From positions 38,631 through 102,630 of IMG/VR virus record IMGVR_UViG_3300030329_005371: 64,000 nucleotides of DNA; one strand, written 5' to 3'. Positions 27,644 to 37,397 of the stretch are shown here, in pieces. Source of the stretch: a virus. The notes below the pieces were generated by a model. It saw only the letters and a program-made list of their open reading frames with translations, did not search any database and was not told the DNA's origin. How positions within the stretch are numbered: the first letter of the stretch is position 1; every line of letters begins with the position of its first letter. The position numbers and the translations under genes are program-made.

Positions 27644-28681
27644 ATGTCAATAAAAGTATACGATCCTTCCGAACTCCCGCCTACTACTCAAGAGCTAACT
27701 AAGACTCTTGAGGAGAAACAATTAGACGGCGAACTTGGTCCCGCGGCAACTGCGACGGACGGACCTATTCAAACAGGCGCCCCAGCAAAGTTAATTTTCC
27801 ATCGCCGTGCGCGTAACGAAAAAGTTATACAGAACAAGCAAAAGAATTCTTTTATTATTTTAGGAGAAGATCGCCCAGCCGGCCAAGGAACTGGATGGGG
27901 AGCTATTGGCGCCTCTCCCCATTCCAAGGGAACCAATAGAATAGAATTAACAGTAGGCAAGATGGCGCGCGCCAGAAATGGAAAAGGAGCCCCCGCAGGA
28001 ACAACCGCAGATCCTTCTCCATTTGGAGACGCGGCCAAAATTTATATTGCCGATATGACAAATGCTGATACTAACTTTGGATTTTGCGGCGCTCAACTTG
28101 GTACCGTTAACGCTAATTCTGCGGTGGTAAGCTTTGCCGATCAGATAAGAATCTTTGGCCTAGGGGGAGTACAGATTTCTACTGGCCACCCCAAGAACGC
28201 AAAGGGGTTTGGCCTAGGCGGGATTACTAATTGCTTAGGAGGCACTGTTCCGAAAGCTCCTCCTATTGTTTTATCAGCCGGCAATCAAGACGGCTTCTAT
28301 GAACATGCTATTTCACCCGGCGATGGTACCCTCGCACAGAATTTAAAAATAGAAATGGTCCCCATTATACAAGGGGTGGCCAAGGGATACAACACTACGC
28401 AATGTATAGTTAAACTATCGGAGATAATAGATGGGATTTTATCTGCTTTAATGAGATTGAGCACTTTTCAAGGCGCTTTTTTCGCTACCACTAGTATACA
28501 AATTCCGCCTCCCATCAATCCACATATACCCGCCGCGGCCAACATGATGATACAGGAAAACTTTGAATCATTTATGACTACTTTGACGTCATTGCGGGTC
28601 GAAAAACAAGTGTGGGAAGCGACTTACACGGGATTCCGCGCCCCTAAAGCAATCGAGAGTCCTAATGTGTTTACATCATAG
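27644..28681 (+). CDS. Putative baseplate spike/hub protein (gp5-like region)
   Basis: Gly-rich beta-strand pattern (SFIILGEDRP, IELTVG, DAAKIYI, ADQIRI); lies between the lysozyme gene and gp25. Confidence 0.45.
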   Translation: MSIKVYDPSELPPTTQELTKTLEEKQLDGELGPAATATDGPIQTGAPAKLIFHRRARNEKVIQNKQKNSFIILGEDRPAGQGTGWGAIGASPHSKGTNRIELTVGKMARARNGKGAPAGTTADPSPFGDAAKIYIADMTNADTNFGFCGAQLGTVNANSAVVSFADQIRIFGLGGVQISTGHPKNAKGFGLGGITNCLGGTVPKAPPIVLSAGNQDGFYEHAISPGDGTLAQNLKIEMVPIIQGVAKGYNTTQCIVKLSEIIDGILSALMRLSTFQGAFFATTSIQIPPPINPHIPAAANMMIQENFESFMTTLTSLRVEKQVWEATYTGFRAPKAIESPNVFTS

Positions 28682-28690
28682 AGAAAGAAT

Positions 28691-31600
28691 ATGGCAAATT
28701 CAAAATTTTTAGAACTTCAAGATACTGATAATTCTAATTTAATAGACAAATGTGATGAGTTAACGGCCGTCCCATCCGAGAACGTATGTGTTCGATGTAA
28801 GAAAGATCCGAACTATACACCGCCGGACTGGAAAGCTCGAAATGTTGATGAGCCATGGCTAAATGAGAGAAACTGTAAATATTTCATCACCATTAACACT
28901 AACGAGAAATCAGTAACACCATCAGCTTCCGCCACAGATGCTGAAATTTCCGAATTTATGGAAAGAATGTTTCAGACCTATATGACTGAGGCTATTGATG
29001 GCATCTTAGCATTTTATGAAAAAGAGAATTCAGATGATAATATTGATAGCTTAAGAGACAAAACTACTGTTGAAAAATATGATTTAGATATTCGAATTCA
29101 TTCGAGAGTACAGTTGCTTTATTCTATTGCTTTTGAGGATGTGGCGCTCATTCCTGATGCGCCCGAAAGACCCTCAGACGAGGAAGAAGAAGACGAGGCA
29201 GAGGAAGAAGATTCTGATGCTGCTGATATTACAGTTGCTTATCAGGTTGATGAGTTGACAGAAAATCTTTTGAAAGTTCGAAAAGGCCTACATCTTTATG
29301 CCAATTATTTAAAAATCTATAGATTGACTCAAAAAGGAAACTTAATTAAAGTAAACGACAACAGTGTCTTTAATCTTAAGCGTTATGGGGATAATGGCTT
29401 TGAAGGGACAGGAGTTCTAGAAAGAATTATTAAAGATATTGATAGATTTCTCCACGATAGGGGATATAAAATTCGAGGAGGGTTTGTTAATGTACTCCAA
29501 GGAATGGGACAGCAAATAGTTGATAATATTGAATTTACCTTTTCAAAGGATTATGAACTTAAGAAAATGGTTATTACCACTTTTCAATGTGGTGAAAAGA
29601 GAATAGTCTTTAAAAAGAAGCTTCATCCGTTATTGAGGAAGGGCCACTTTAAAGATAAAACAGCCATGGCATATTTATCTAAAGTAGACGAAATGGCAAA
29701 TGACTTGATGGCGCGCGAGCCTATGCCATGGCTAGAGTTTGTAATTTCTCATACATATCCCGAATTAGTCGAAACGTTTAATTGGCCTATAGATTCCCCG
29801 GTTAATGAAGAGACAACCAAGAGCTGTATCGGCGAAGCGCTGCTTAGTGAAATGAAGCAAGTGGGCAGCGATATTTTAGATATAGATTTTGGCCTTCATG
29901 ATGCCATACTAATGTTGTTCAATAATGAAGCTTGTAAAACTAATTTGGCTGAGGTACATGATGACGAAGTGAAATTAAATTTAGTATATGATCCACAATT
30001 TCGCGATCCGAAAACTATGTGGGCTACCGCTAAAGCCCAAGCATTTGAACAGATTGAGAATGAAGGCGGCGCCTTCCTGACTGCGTGTATGTCTTTGTTT
30101 GGTGAAGAGGCCGACTCCGGAGGCGGATCGGAAGCTGCCAAGCAAAAGACCGGTCGTTTCCTAGATCGCATAAAGTTGTGCGGCCTTACGGATATGGGAG
30201 TTGAGGCGATAAAATGTTTAATGGGGGGCTTGAGTTTCGAAGAGGCCGTTGGAAAAATTCTCAAGGCCACCATACGAAACATGTCATTAGAAAACTTTGG
30301 TGAGTTTTTTGAATTGTTGTCTCCGGAGCAACAGATGAGATTAGAGGCCCACGCCCGAAACAATATGGAATCCGGAACTGGTATTTTTAAAGATGGTTCT
30401 AATAATCAAAGAATCAACGCTTATATCGAAGCAGGAGAAGGTACGTCAGAAATTACTGACTTTAGACCTTGGAGTAATCGCCGCGGCATGAAAGAAAGAA
30501 TTGAAGCCGGTGACGCCAGCCGCGACAAGGTTTCCAAGTGGGGCACCCGCGGCTCCGAGATTGGCGCGATAGAAGAGCACGCTAATCCTCATCCATCGAC
30601 TGGAACGCTCGCTCAAAGCTATCTGGGTCCTCCGAATGTAGTGGATAGCAGCACTTTTGGTCTTCTTATGGAACTATATGCCGAAGCAATTATTGATGTG
30701 TTTCAGGATGATTTATTGAATATTGTTCAGCTTCTTAATCGTTTTCCCGGTGCTCAGATTTTAGCAAGAAGCTTGATGTTGCTTGACTGTCCAAAGCCCC
30801 CTTTATTTGAGCCCTCCGTATTGGATTTTATAAAAGACCGTGAGCTACCTTTTTGCGGAGGCATGAAAGACATTACGCTTCCCCAGTTCCAAAATCCTAT
30901 GGCCTGGGTACCTGTTCGTAAAGATATTTGGTCAGCAATCAAGGTTGCTTTTAAGTTAGCTCTCCAGAAAGTTTTAGTTGCTGTTATAACGCGTATAATA
31001 ACTAAGATTTGTAATTTATTAGGAACAACTTTGTGTACCGCTCTTAAGACCACTGGCCAGCTAGTAGCTGCGGCGGCAAATCCCAACGATCCTCGCGCAA
31101 TTGAAGACATAATAAGAGATACGATATGCGATGCTGATGCATCAGACGAGACAGTAAAAGACACCCTTATGGATATGTTTTCTAAATTAGGCCTTGGGGC
31201 CGCAGCAATGGCTGACACCGAAAAGCTTATGAATTTCAGCAATGATTTGTCTAATAGTTTGACGCGCGCAGAAATGATGGGGGCTTTCTTGGGCAAGCCC
31301 ACTAACGAAGCGTTAACAGTTATGGATAATTTAATAGAAAATGAATATCCGGAATATAGAGATGCGCTTCCCAATAAAGATGCCTTGGCAGATTTTACTA
31401 ATGGGATCGGAAATTTACTGCCGGCCGATTATCGTTCCGCCATGAATGATTTCGTAGATCAGTTGCCTCCGGATGATGCTTTTCCGGCTAATCCGTCACT
31501 TTGCGCAACTCCACAAGATTTTGAAAACTTCTGTAATCTTCGCGAAGGCCTTTTACAAGGTAGAGCCTCCCCCGGTCAGGCCCGAGCCATGGCAGAGCAA

Positions 31601-34600
31601 TATTGTGAAGGCTTGGGAGATGAATTAGAGGATATAGCAGACTTACTACAAAAAGGACCCCAAAAGGCCATGGCCGACGCAATGCCGCAATTGATATCGG
31701 ATCCTGGCTGCGATAACGGGATTATCCCTTTTCAGCCTGAAGGCGCCACCACCGCCGCAAATCAAGCCTTGGGACGAATGATGAAACAGCTTCATCTTAA
31801 ATTCTCAATGGATATGATAGGAAATGGCCCAGGCGAAAGAAATTGGGGAATGATGAATATGATTATGAGCGATACTATGGGAAATCCATTGACGGCGCAT
31901 AATCGTAAGGCTTATTTTAATAAAGCATATGTAAATTTTCTAGTAGATGACGCCGACGCTGGCGATGAAGATGACGTAGCAAACTTCAGAAAGGAGGGAC
32001 AATTTCCTTATAAAGTGGCCGGCTGGCTCCAAGAGCAACTCAGCACCATGATGCCGATAATAGAGACTCATAACGATTTTACTGAAGATACGTATATAAA
32101 TAAAACGTTTGAGGAACTCGGTCTTTCGTTATACGGAGGAGTGAGTGCAATTGAGTTACCAGAATTTGGATATCGAACTGTGGCATGGATTGATAACGAA
32201 CAAGAGGCGGTTACTTTTGTTCGCTTGGGTAGAAAGAAGACTCCTGATTTGACACTATCTTTTTATGACAACAATAGAGGTAGGGCAGAGGGAGATGCTT
32301 CTATGTATTCTGAAGCATTTGACGTAGATTTATTTTTAGGAGATCTCGTTGAGGCCAATGTGGGAGAAGCAACTTTGATTAGAAATATACCGGCCGACGC
32401 CTCTCGAATTAATGTCGTTGTGCGCTTAAATCAGAATGCTGATGGCGCTGAGCCTCTTGAAGAAGGGATGACTAGAGACCAAAGGAAGGAAATGAAAAAG
32501 CGCGGCCGCGACCCATCGATTATTGTTGATCGCGCATATGAATTTTTAGCTGTCGACGATGAGTTCTCCAATCTACAAGCGCTATCTGAATATACCAATT
32601 TCCAGAGATGCTTTACAACCCAGACCGAGCACACTCCTCAGCTTACTTTATTTCATGAAATTTTGACTCAAAATGGTCGTAGCGTTACGATCGGAGGTTT
32701 GAAATCGGTTTATGATAATCTTTTAACTGTTATGATGAGTGATTTTATATCTAAGGTGGCAAATAATGAAGAGGCTTTTCTTTATGGCGCCAAATTTGAC
32801 GAGCTAACTAGGGAAGATGCTGCTTATGTGGTTAAAGATGATCAAACGGATTCACCGGGCGGCACACCATATGGAGAAGCAACTATCGATGGCGAAATAA
32901 TCACCAATGATAATATGATTTTAGGCGTAAGCTATGACCAATACATCAATGACTCGCTAGGTACCCCAGAAAATACAAGGGTCTTCTATTTGAATCCTGC
33001 TGATTATGGTGGCAAATATATTAATCCGCCAATTCACGTCAAGCCTATGGTTGGCGAGGGGTGGATGGGGATTATAGATGTAGTTTTCCCTGAAATAAGC
33101 CCCTGTAAGCCAACGCGTACTGATTTGATAGACTTCCAAGACATAGAAGATGAAATTCAAGAAACTTATCGTAATTTACCAGAAGATAAGAGACTTCAAC
33201 ATGATCCCGATTGTGTAAGAGAATTGCCGTACAATAGAGTCTTGGAAAGAATGAGCGTAGCAAAGATACAGGGTATTATAAAAGCTGCCTGTCGAATTTA
33301 TTCGAGTGCACATTTTATTAAAACATTAGCAACATTTACAACTTTTGCTCCGGATTTTGACAAAGTTTTTAGCTCTATTTACCCACAATACATTGTAGAG
33401 GTTATGGAGGAATCCTTCAAAGACGCCCAGCCGGATGGATGGGAGCGTTTAAGTACTTTTAAAGATGAGGAATTTTGGTATGCTTTTTTAGAGCAGTCAG
33501 TTCAAGCTTATGGAAGATTATTAGATGAAGGTAAAATAGAGGATCCTCCTGAATCGGTTTTACGAGCATTAGAAGAGCTTAATAATGTGCAGTCTTCTTA
33601 TGATTTTCCTAGTCGAGATGACTGGCTAAAGGCTCAAGATGTGGCCGGTGATGTGGGAAAATCGTTGGCCGCCGGCGCCGCCGCAGCCGCCATCCCTGTC
33701 CCTGGCTCAGCCGTTGTTGCTGGAACCGCGGTAGCAATTTCACAATGGAAAACATATAAACAATACAAAGAGGAATTAAATTTTGAAGCGATTAAATCTT
33801 CAGAAGAACAAGCAAAAATTGTTCTTAAAGAATGGGTAAAAACAGAACTTCAAAATACTAGCGCTAGGTTTATAGAAAATCTTAAAGATTTAGGAGTCGA
33901 ACCTGAAGTTAGGGATATAGACTATTATTTTCTGGAAACATTTACGCAAGGTGGCATTAATCTTAATTTAAATCAAGAAATTGTAGAAATCGAAGAAGAT
34001 TATCCTTCGGGACCTTCTCATGGACAAACATCTAATAATTTAGGACATACTCATGTTTATTATGTGGATGAAGATGGAAACGGCTGGGCTTATGAGGCCT
34101 CCAATCCGACAGAGCCTCGAATTAGGCACAAGCACGAAATTATTAACTGGGTGGTTCAGCCGGCCTCTAGCGATTGTTATCCGAAATGTAAGGAGGTGTT
34201 CGAAGGCCCCGCTGGGTTGGGCCCCCACGATCACAGTATCACCAACTTGATTGTCCCGATTGGGGATGTTGAATCTTATGATTATACGCCGGCAACCAAT
34301 TCTTCTGCGCCTTTTGTAATTGAAAAATATATTAGCATCGATGGGACAAAATATAGCATCGAGAGAGGGACAGAAATTATTAAATCGCGCGACCCTACTC
34401 TGAATATTTCAGATATATATCCAGGCACCTTGGAACTGACTTATGAGGCAGATCCAAACACAGGCGAGCCTATACCATCTGGCCTGACAGGAGAACTAGG
34501 AGTACGACATGGGTTGTTATTTTCTTATTATGAAGCTTATGAAAAGACCCCGATTACGTCTGTAGAAATAGATGCTCTAGATTATGAAACTCAAGCATTC

Positions 34601-35197
34601 GTAGGAGTTCAAGGCGATTCGAAAGAATTACTATGTTTAATTAATTTACTCAAGCAAGATGAAACGTTTAGATTGATTACAAGGTATATTTTTCCAAGTA
34701 AGAAATTATTATCTACGTTGGCTATTTATAATGATATGGGCTTTTTAAGATCAATCGGAGAAATAACGGTGGCCGATGGCGACGCCGCAGGCATCGATTC
34801 CACCTTTGCCTCCAAGCCGGGCTCCAAAGTTACTTTTGACGATGATGGAAATCTTAGCTATGAAGAATCGATTGTAGGATGGGCCTCTGCTGATGATCGA
34901 GAGCCGGGCATGTTTAGCGGCTGGTTTATTCGAGAATGGGACAATTGGGACGCTCAGATACTCGGCAAATCAAATGTAAAGCTGAAAAGAATGTTTAAGC
35001 GCGCCTATAATTCTAGAGATTGGAAATTTAATTTAGATCTTATGTTTTCCTTTAATCCAACAGGATTTTGGATTAATCGACTCAAGAATCTAATGCGCCC
35101 ACGCCCAGGCCAAGCGCTCGTACCGCGATGGCGCCGGCGCAAACTTAGAAGGAATCCTTTCGATGCAAACGGAAAGTTATGTAAAAAAGATCAATGA
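28691..35197 (+). CDS. Giant (2168 aa) acidic virion-associated protein of unknown function
   Basis: Long uninterrupted ORF in the baseplate module; Cys-rich, with a His-cluster, a hydrophobic Ala/Gly segment and a basic C-terminus. Confidence 0.8.
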   Translation: MANSKFLELQDTDNSNLIDKCDELTAVPSENVCVRCKKDPNYTPPDWKARNVDEPWLNERNCKYFITINTNEKSVTPSASATDAEISEFMERMFQTYMTEAIDGILAFYEKENSDDNIDSLRDKTTVEKYDLDIRIHSRVQLLYSIAFEDVALIPDAPERPSDEEEEDEAEEEDSDAADITVAYQVDELTENLLKVRKGLHLYANYLKIYRLTQKGNLIKVNDNSVFNLKRYGDNGFEGTGVLERIIKDIDRFLHDRGYKIRGGFVNVLQGMGQQIVDNIEFTFSKDYELKKMVITTFQCGEKRIVFKKKLHPLLRKGHFKDKTAMAYLSKVDEMANDLMAREPMPWLEFVISHTYPELVETFNWPIDSPVNEETTKSCIGEALLSEMKQVGSDILDIDFGLHDAILMLFNNEACKTNLAEVHDDEVKLNLVYDPQFRDPKTMWATAKAQAFEQIENEGGAFLTACMSLFGEEADSGGGSEAAKQKTGRFLDRIKLCGLTDMGVEAIKCLMGGLSFEEAVGKILKATIRNMSLENFGEFFELLSPEQQMRLEAHARNNMESGTGIFKDGSNNQRINAYIEAGEGTSEITDFRPWSNRRGMKERIEAGDASRDKVSKWGTRGSEIGAIEEHANPHPSTGTLAQSYLGPPNVVDSSTFGLLMELYAEAIIDVFQDDLLNIVQLLNRFPGAQILARSLMLLDCPKPPLFEPSVLDFIKDRELPFCGGMKDITLPQFQNPMAWVPVRKDIWSAIKVAFKLALQKVLVAVITRIITKICNLLGTTLCTALKTTGQLVAAAANPNDPRAIEDIIRDTICDADASDETVKDTLMDMFSKLGLGAAAMADTEKLMNFSNDLSNSLTRAEMMGAFLGKPTNEALTVMDNLIENEYPEYRDALPNKDALADFTNGIGNLLPADYRSAMNDFVDQLPPDDAFPANPSLCATPQDFENFCNLREGLLQGRASPGQARAMAEQYCEGLGDELEDIADLLQKGPQKAMADAMPQLISDPGCDNGIIPFQPEGATTAANQALGRMMKQLHLKFSMDMIGNGPGERNWGMMNMIMSDTMGNPLTAHNRKAYFNKAYVNFLVDDADAGDEDDVANFRKEGQFPYKVAGWLQEQLSTMMPIIETHNDFTEDTYINKTFEELGLSLYGGVSAIELPEFGYRTVAWIDNEQEAVTFVRLGRKKTPDLTLSFYDNNRGRAEGDASMYSEAFDVDLFLGDLVEANVGEATLIRNIPADASRINVVVRLNQNADGAEPLEEGMTRDQRKEMKKRGRDPSIIVDRAYEFLAVDDEFSNLQALSEYTNFQRCFTTQTEHTPQLTLFHEILTQNGRSVTIGGLKSVYDNLLTVMMSDFISKVANNEEAFLYGAKFDELTREDAAYVVKDDQTDSPGGTPYGEATIDGEIITNDNMILGVSYDQYINDSLGTPENTRVFYLNPADYGGKYINPPIHVKPMVGEGWMGIIDVVFPEISPCKPTRTDLIDFQDIEDEIQETYRNLPEDKRLQHDPDCVRELPYNRVLERMSVAKIQGIIKAACRIYSSAHFIKTLATFTTFAPDFDKVFSSIYPQYIVEVMEESFKDAQPDGWERLSTFKDEEFWYAFLEQSVQAYGRLLDEGKIEDPPESVLRALEELNNVQSSYDFPSRDDWLKAQDVAGDVGKSLAAGAAAAAIPVPGSAVVAGTAVAISQWKTYKQYKEELNFEAIKSSEEQAKIVLKEWVKTELQNTSARFIENLKDLGVEPEVRDIDYYFLETFTQGGINLNLNQEIVEIEEDYPSGPSHGQTSNNLGHTHVYYVDEDGNGWAYEASNPTEPRIRHKHEIINWVVQPASSDCYPKCKEVFEGPAGLGPHDHSITNLIVPIGDVESYDYTPATNSSAPFVIEKYISIDGTKYSIERGTEIIKSRDPTLNISDIYPGTLELTYEADPNTGEPIPSGLTGELGVRHGLLFSYYEAYEKTPITSVEIDALDYETQAFVGVQGDSKELLCLINLLKQDETFRLITRYIFPSKKLLSTLAIYNDMGFLRSIGEITVADGDAAGIDSTFASKPGSKVTFDDDGNLSYEESIVGWASADDREPGMFSGWFIREWDNWDAQILGKSNVKLKRMFKRAYNSRDWKFNLDLMFSFNPTGFWINRLKNLMRPRPGQALVPRWRRRKLRRNPFDANGKLCKKDQ

Positions 35198-35202
35198 AGC
35201 GA

Positions 35203-35209
35203 TAATTAT
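35203..35209 (+). promoter_or_regulatory. Putative late-promoter motif TAATTAT
   Basis: 21 nt upstream of the gp25-like ATG, before an AAGGAG SD. Confidence 0.4.
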
Positions 35210-35223
35210 TAAGGAGAAAGAAA

Positions 35224-35589
35224 ATGCCGTCTATTGGACTTAGTTTGCCTATCACTTATAATTCTAATGATGGCTTCACTATGATTAAAAATCTTCATCA
35301 TATGATTAGGCAAAATTTAAAAATGCTCATTCTTACAAACCCAGGAGAGAGAGTAATGGAGCCAACATACGGAGTAGGTCTTTCAAGGTTTTTGTTTTCT
35401 AATTATAGTGAAAATATAGAAGCTACAATTCGTACGCGCATCCAAGAACAAGTAGAAATGTATTTGCCTGTTGTCGCAATTCAGAATATCTTTTTTGAAA
35501 ATAAGATGGAAACTAATACTATTTTAATAACGCTTAAGTATGTGGTGCCGGGTCTAGGAATAGACGATTTATTACAATTAGCTATTTAG
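35224..35589 (+). CDS. Baseplate wedge protein, T4 gp25/GPW-like
   Basis: IRQNLKMLILTNPGERVMEPTYGVGL..FLF signature. Confidence 0.92.
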   Translation: MPSIGLSLPITYNSNDGFTMIKNLHHMIRQNLKMLILTNPGERVMEPTYGVGLSRFLFSNYSENIEATIRTRIQEQVEMYLPVVAIQNIFFENKMETNTILITLKYVVPGLGIDDLLQLAI

Positions 35590-35606
35590 AATAAGGAAAT
35601 TTGATA

Positions 35607-37397
35607 ATGCCCCAAGATAAAATTATCCCCATAAACTATACGAGTAGAGACTATATCACTATTCGAGAAGATTTGATGGAACTAGCAGAGAGATTCTATC
35701 CTGATAATTTTCAAGATTGGAGTGAGGGCTCTTTTGGCTCAATGATGATTGACGCAGTAGCATATGTTGGAGATCAGTTATCTTTCTATCTTGATTATAA
35801 TGTCAATGAGTCATTTCTGGACACGGCCTACGGATTAGGTAATATAATTCGCCATGGCCGAGCGTTAGGATATAAAGATCCCGGCCGCGCCTCTACGTAT
35901 GGCGAGCTAGCCTTTTATGTAGAAGTGCCAGCCTCTCCGTCAGGCCTAGGCCCTGATTCGCGTTATATTCCTGTTCTAAAGAAAGGAAGCCGATTTAGCT
36001 CTACTTCGGGACAGAACTTTCTTCTAACAGCAAATGTAGACTTCGCCAATCCCGCTAATCCCGTGGTGGTTTCTAAGGTGACAGACTCCACCGGCGCGCC
36101 CACGCACTATGCTTATAAAGCGTATGGAACAGTTGTTTCCGGACGCCTGGGAACTACCACAGTTACAGTGGGTAGTTTTCAAAAATTCCGAAGAGTACTT
36201 TTACCGATTCCGGACGTAGCTGAAATTATTTCGGTTACAGATTCTAGTGGCCAGCAATATTTTGAAGTAGAGAATCTCGCACAAGATATTGTCTATAGGG
36301 AAATAACAAACAAAAACTTTCAAAATGATAATGTCCCTTCTATCTTGAAGCCTCTGATCGTTAATCGTAAATTTGTATTAGTTAGAGAAAATATGGCTAC
36401 CTTTTTACAGTTTGGGAGCGGTGATGCGGCAGAGATCGACATAGTTGCGGAGCCTCAGCAGGTCGCGCTCGATATTTTCGGAAAAAACTATGTCTCTAGT
36501 ACTTCATTTGACCCCACTCGTCTTTCTAAGAATAGAAGTTATGGGCTTGTTCCTACGAATACTAAACTGACAGTAACTTATAGGGTGACAAATTCCGCTA
36601 ATTCGAATGCTGCGGTAGGAAGTATTACCCGAGTGTCGGATGCTAGTATGAGATTTGCCAATCTATCAACGTTAGCGCCAAGTACAATCACAAGCGTACG
36701 TAACTCTTTAGAATGCTCCAACGAATCTCCTATCGTGGGAGATATTACTTACGCTAGTACGACTGAAATTAAACAACGCATTTACGACACATTCCCCACG
36801 CAGAATCGCGCCGTAACACAAGCAGATTATGAAAATATTGCGTATAGGATGGCCCCTCAGTTTGGCTCTATTAAGCGCTGCTCTGTTCAAAAAGATACTG
36901 CTTCTCTTAAGCGAAACCTTAATATGTATGTTATTTCTGAAGACGTGTACGGCAAATTAATAAAAACTAATTCTACTATTAAAAATAATTTAAAAACTTG
37001 GCTAAACAATTATAGAATGATTAATGATACTGTCGATATTCAGGATGCTTATGTTATAAATCTTGGTTTAGATTTTTCTATTTCGGTCTTAAGTGCTGGC
37101 AACAAGGAAATGGCCATGGCTCAAGCCTTGGCAACTTTACGCAGTTATTTAACCAGAGGATACTATATTGGTGAACAGTTTTCAATTAGTCAAATATATT
37201 CACTATTAAAAAGTGTTCCGTCTGTTTTAGATGTGAAGGCTTTGAGAATTTTTGCCAAAACAGGCGCGCAATATTCTAATGTAGCCTTTTCGGTAAATCA
37301 AAATACTTCTCCGGATGGAAGCTATATAATTTGTCCAAAAAATGCTATTTTTGAGATTAAATATCCTCAAGTCGACATTAAAGGTAAGGCTAGATAA
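35607..37397 (+). CDS. Baseplate wedge protein, T4 gp6/baseplate J-like
   Basis: YTSRDY..IR, AYVGDQLSFYLD...NESFLDTA, LGY, QFGSG, QNRAVTQADY. Confidence 0.9.
   Translation: MPQDKIIPINYTSRDYITIREDLMELAERFYPDNFQDWSEGSFGSMMIDAVAYVGDQLSFYLDYNVNESFLDTAYGLGNIIRHGRALGYKDPGRASTYGELAFYVEVPASPSGLGPDSRYIPVLKKGSRFSSTSGQNFLLTANVDFANPANPVVVSKVTDSTGAPTHYAYKAYGTVVSGRLGTTTVTVGSFQKFRRVLLPIPDVAEIISVTDSSGQQYFEVENLAQDIVYREITNKNFQNDNVPSILKPLIVNRKFVLVRENMATFLQFGSGDAAEIDIVAEPQQVALDIFGKNYVSSTSFDPTRLSKNRSYGLVPTNTKLTVTYRVTNSANSNAAVGSITRVSDASMRFANLSTLAPSTITSVRNSLECSNESPIVGDITYASTTEIKQRIYDTFPTQNRAVTQADYENIAYRMAPQFGSIKRCSVQKDTASLKRNLNMYVISEDVYGKLIKTNSTIKNNLKTWLNNYRMINDTVDIQDAYVINLGLDFSISVLSAGNKEMAMAQALATLRSYLTRGYYIGEQFSISQIYSLLKSVPSVLDVKALRIFAKTGAQYSNVAFSVNQNTSPDGSYIICPKNAIFEIKYPQVDIKGKAR

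Noticed and set aside
35224-37397. Bacterial contractile injection system (eCIS/T6SS/tailocin)
   Set aside because: Co-occurs with primase, resolvase, PhoH and a phage sigma factor, indicating a replicating phage.
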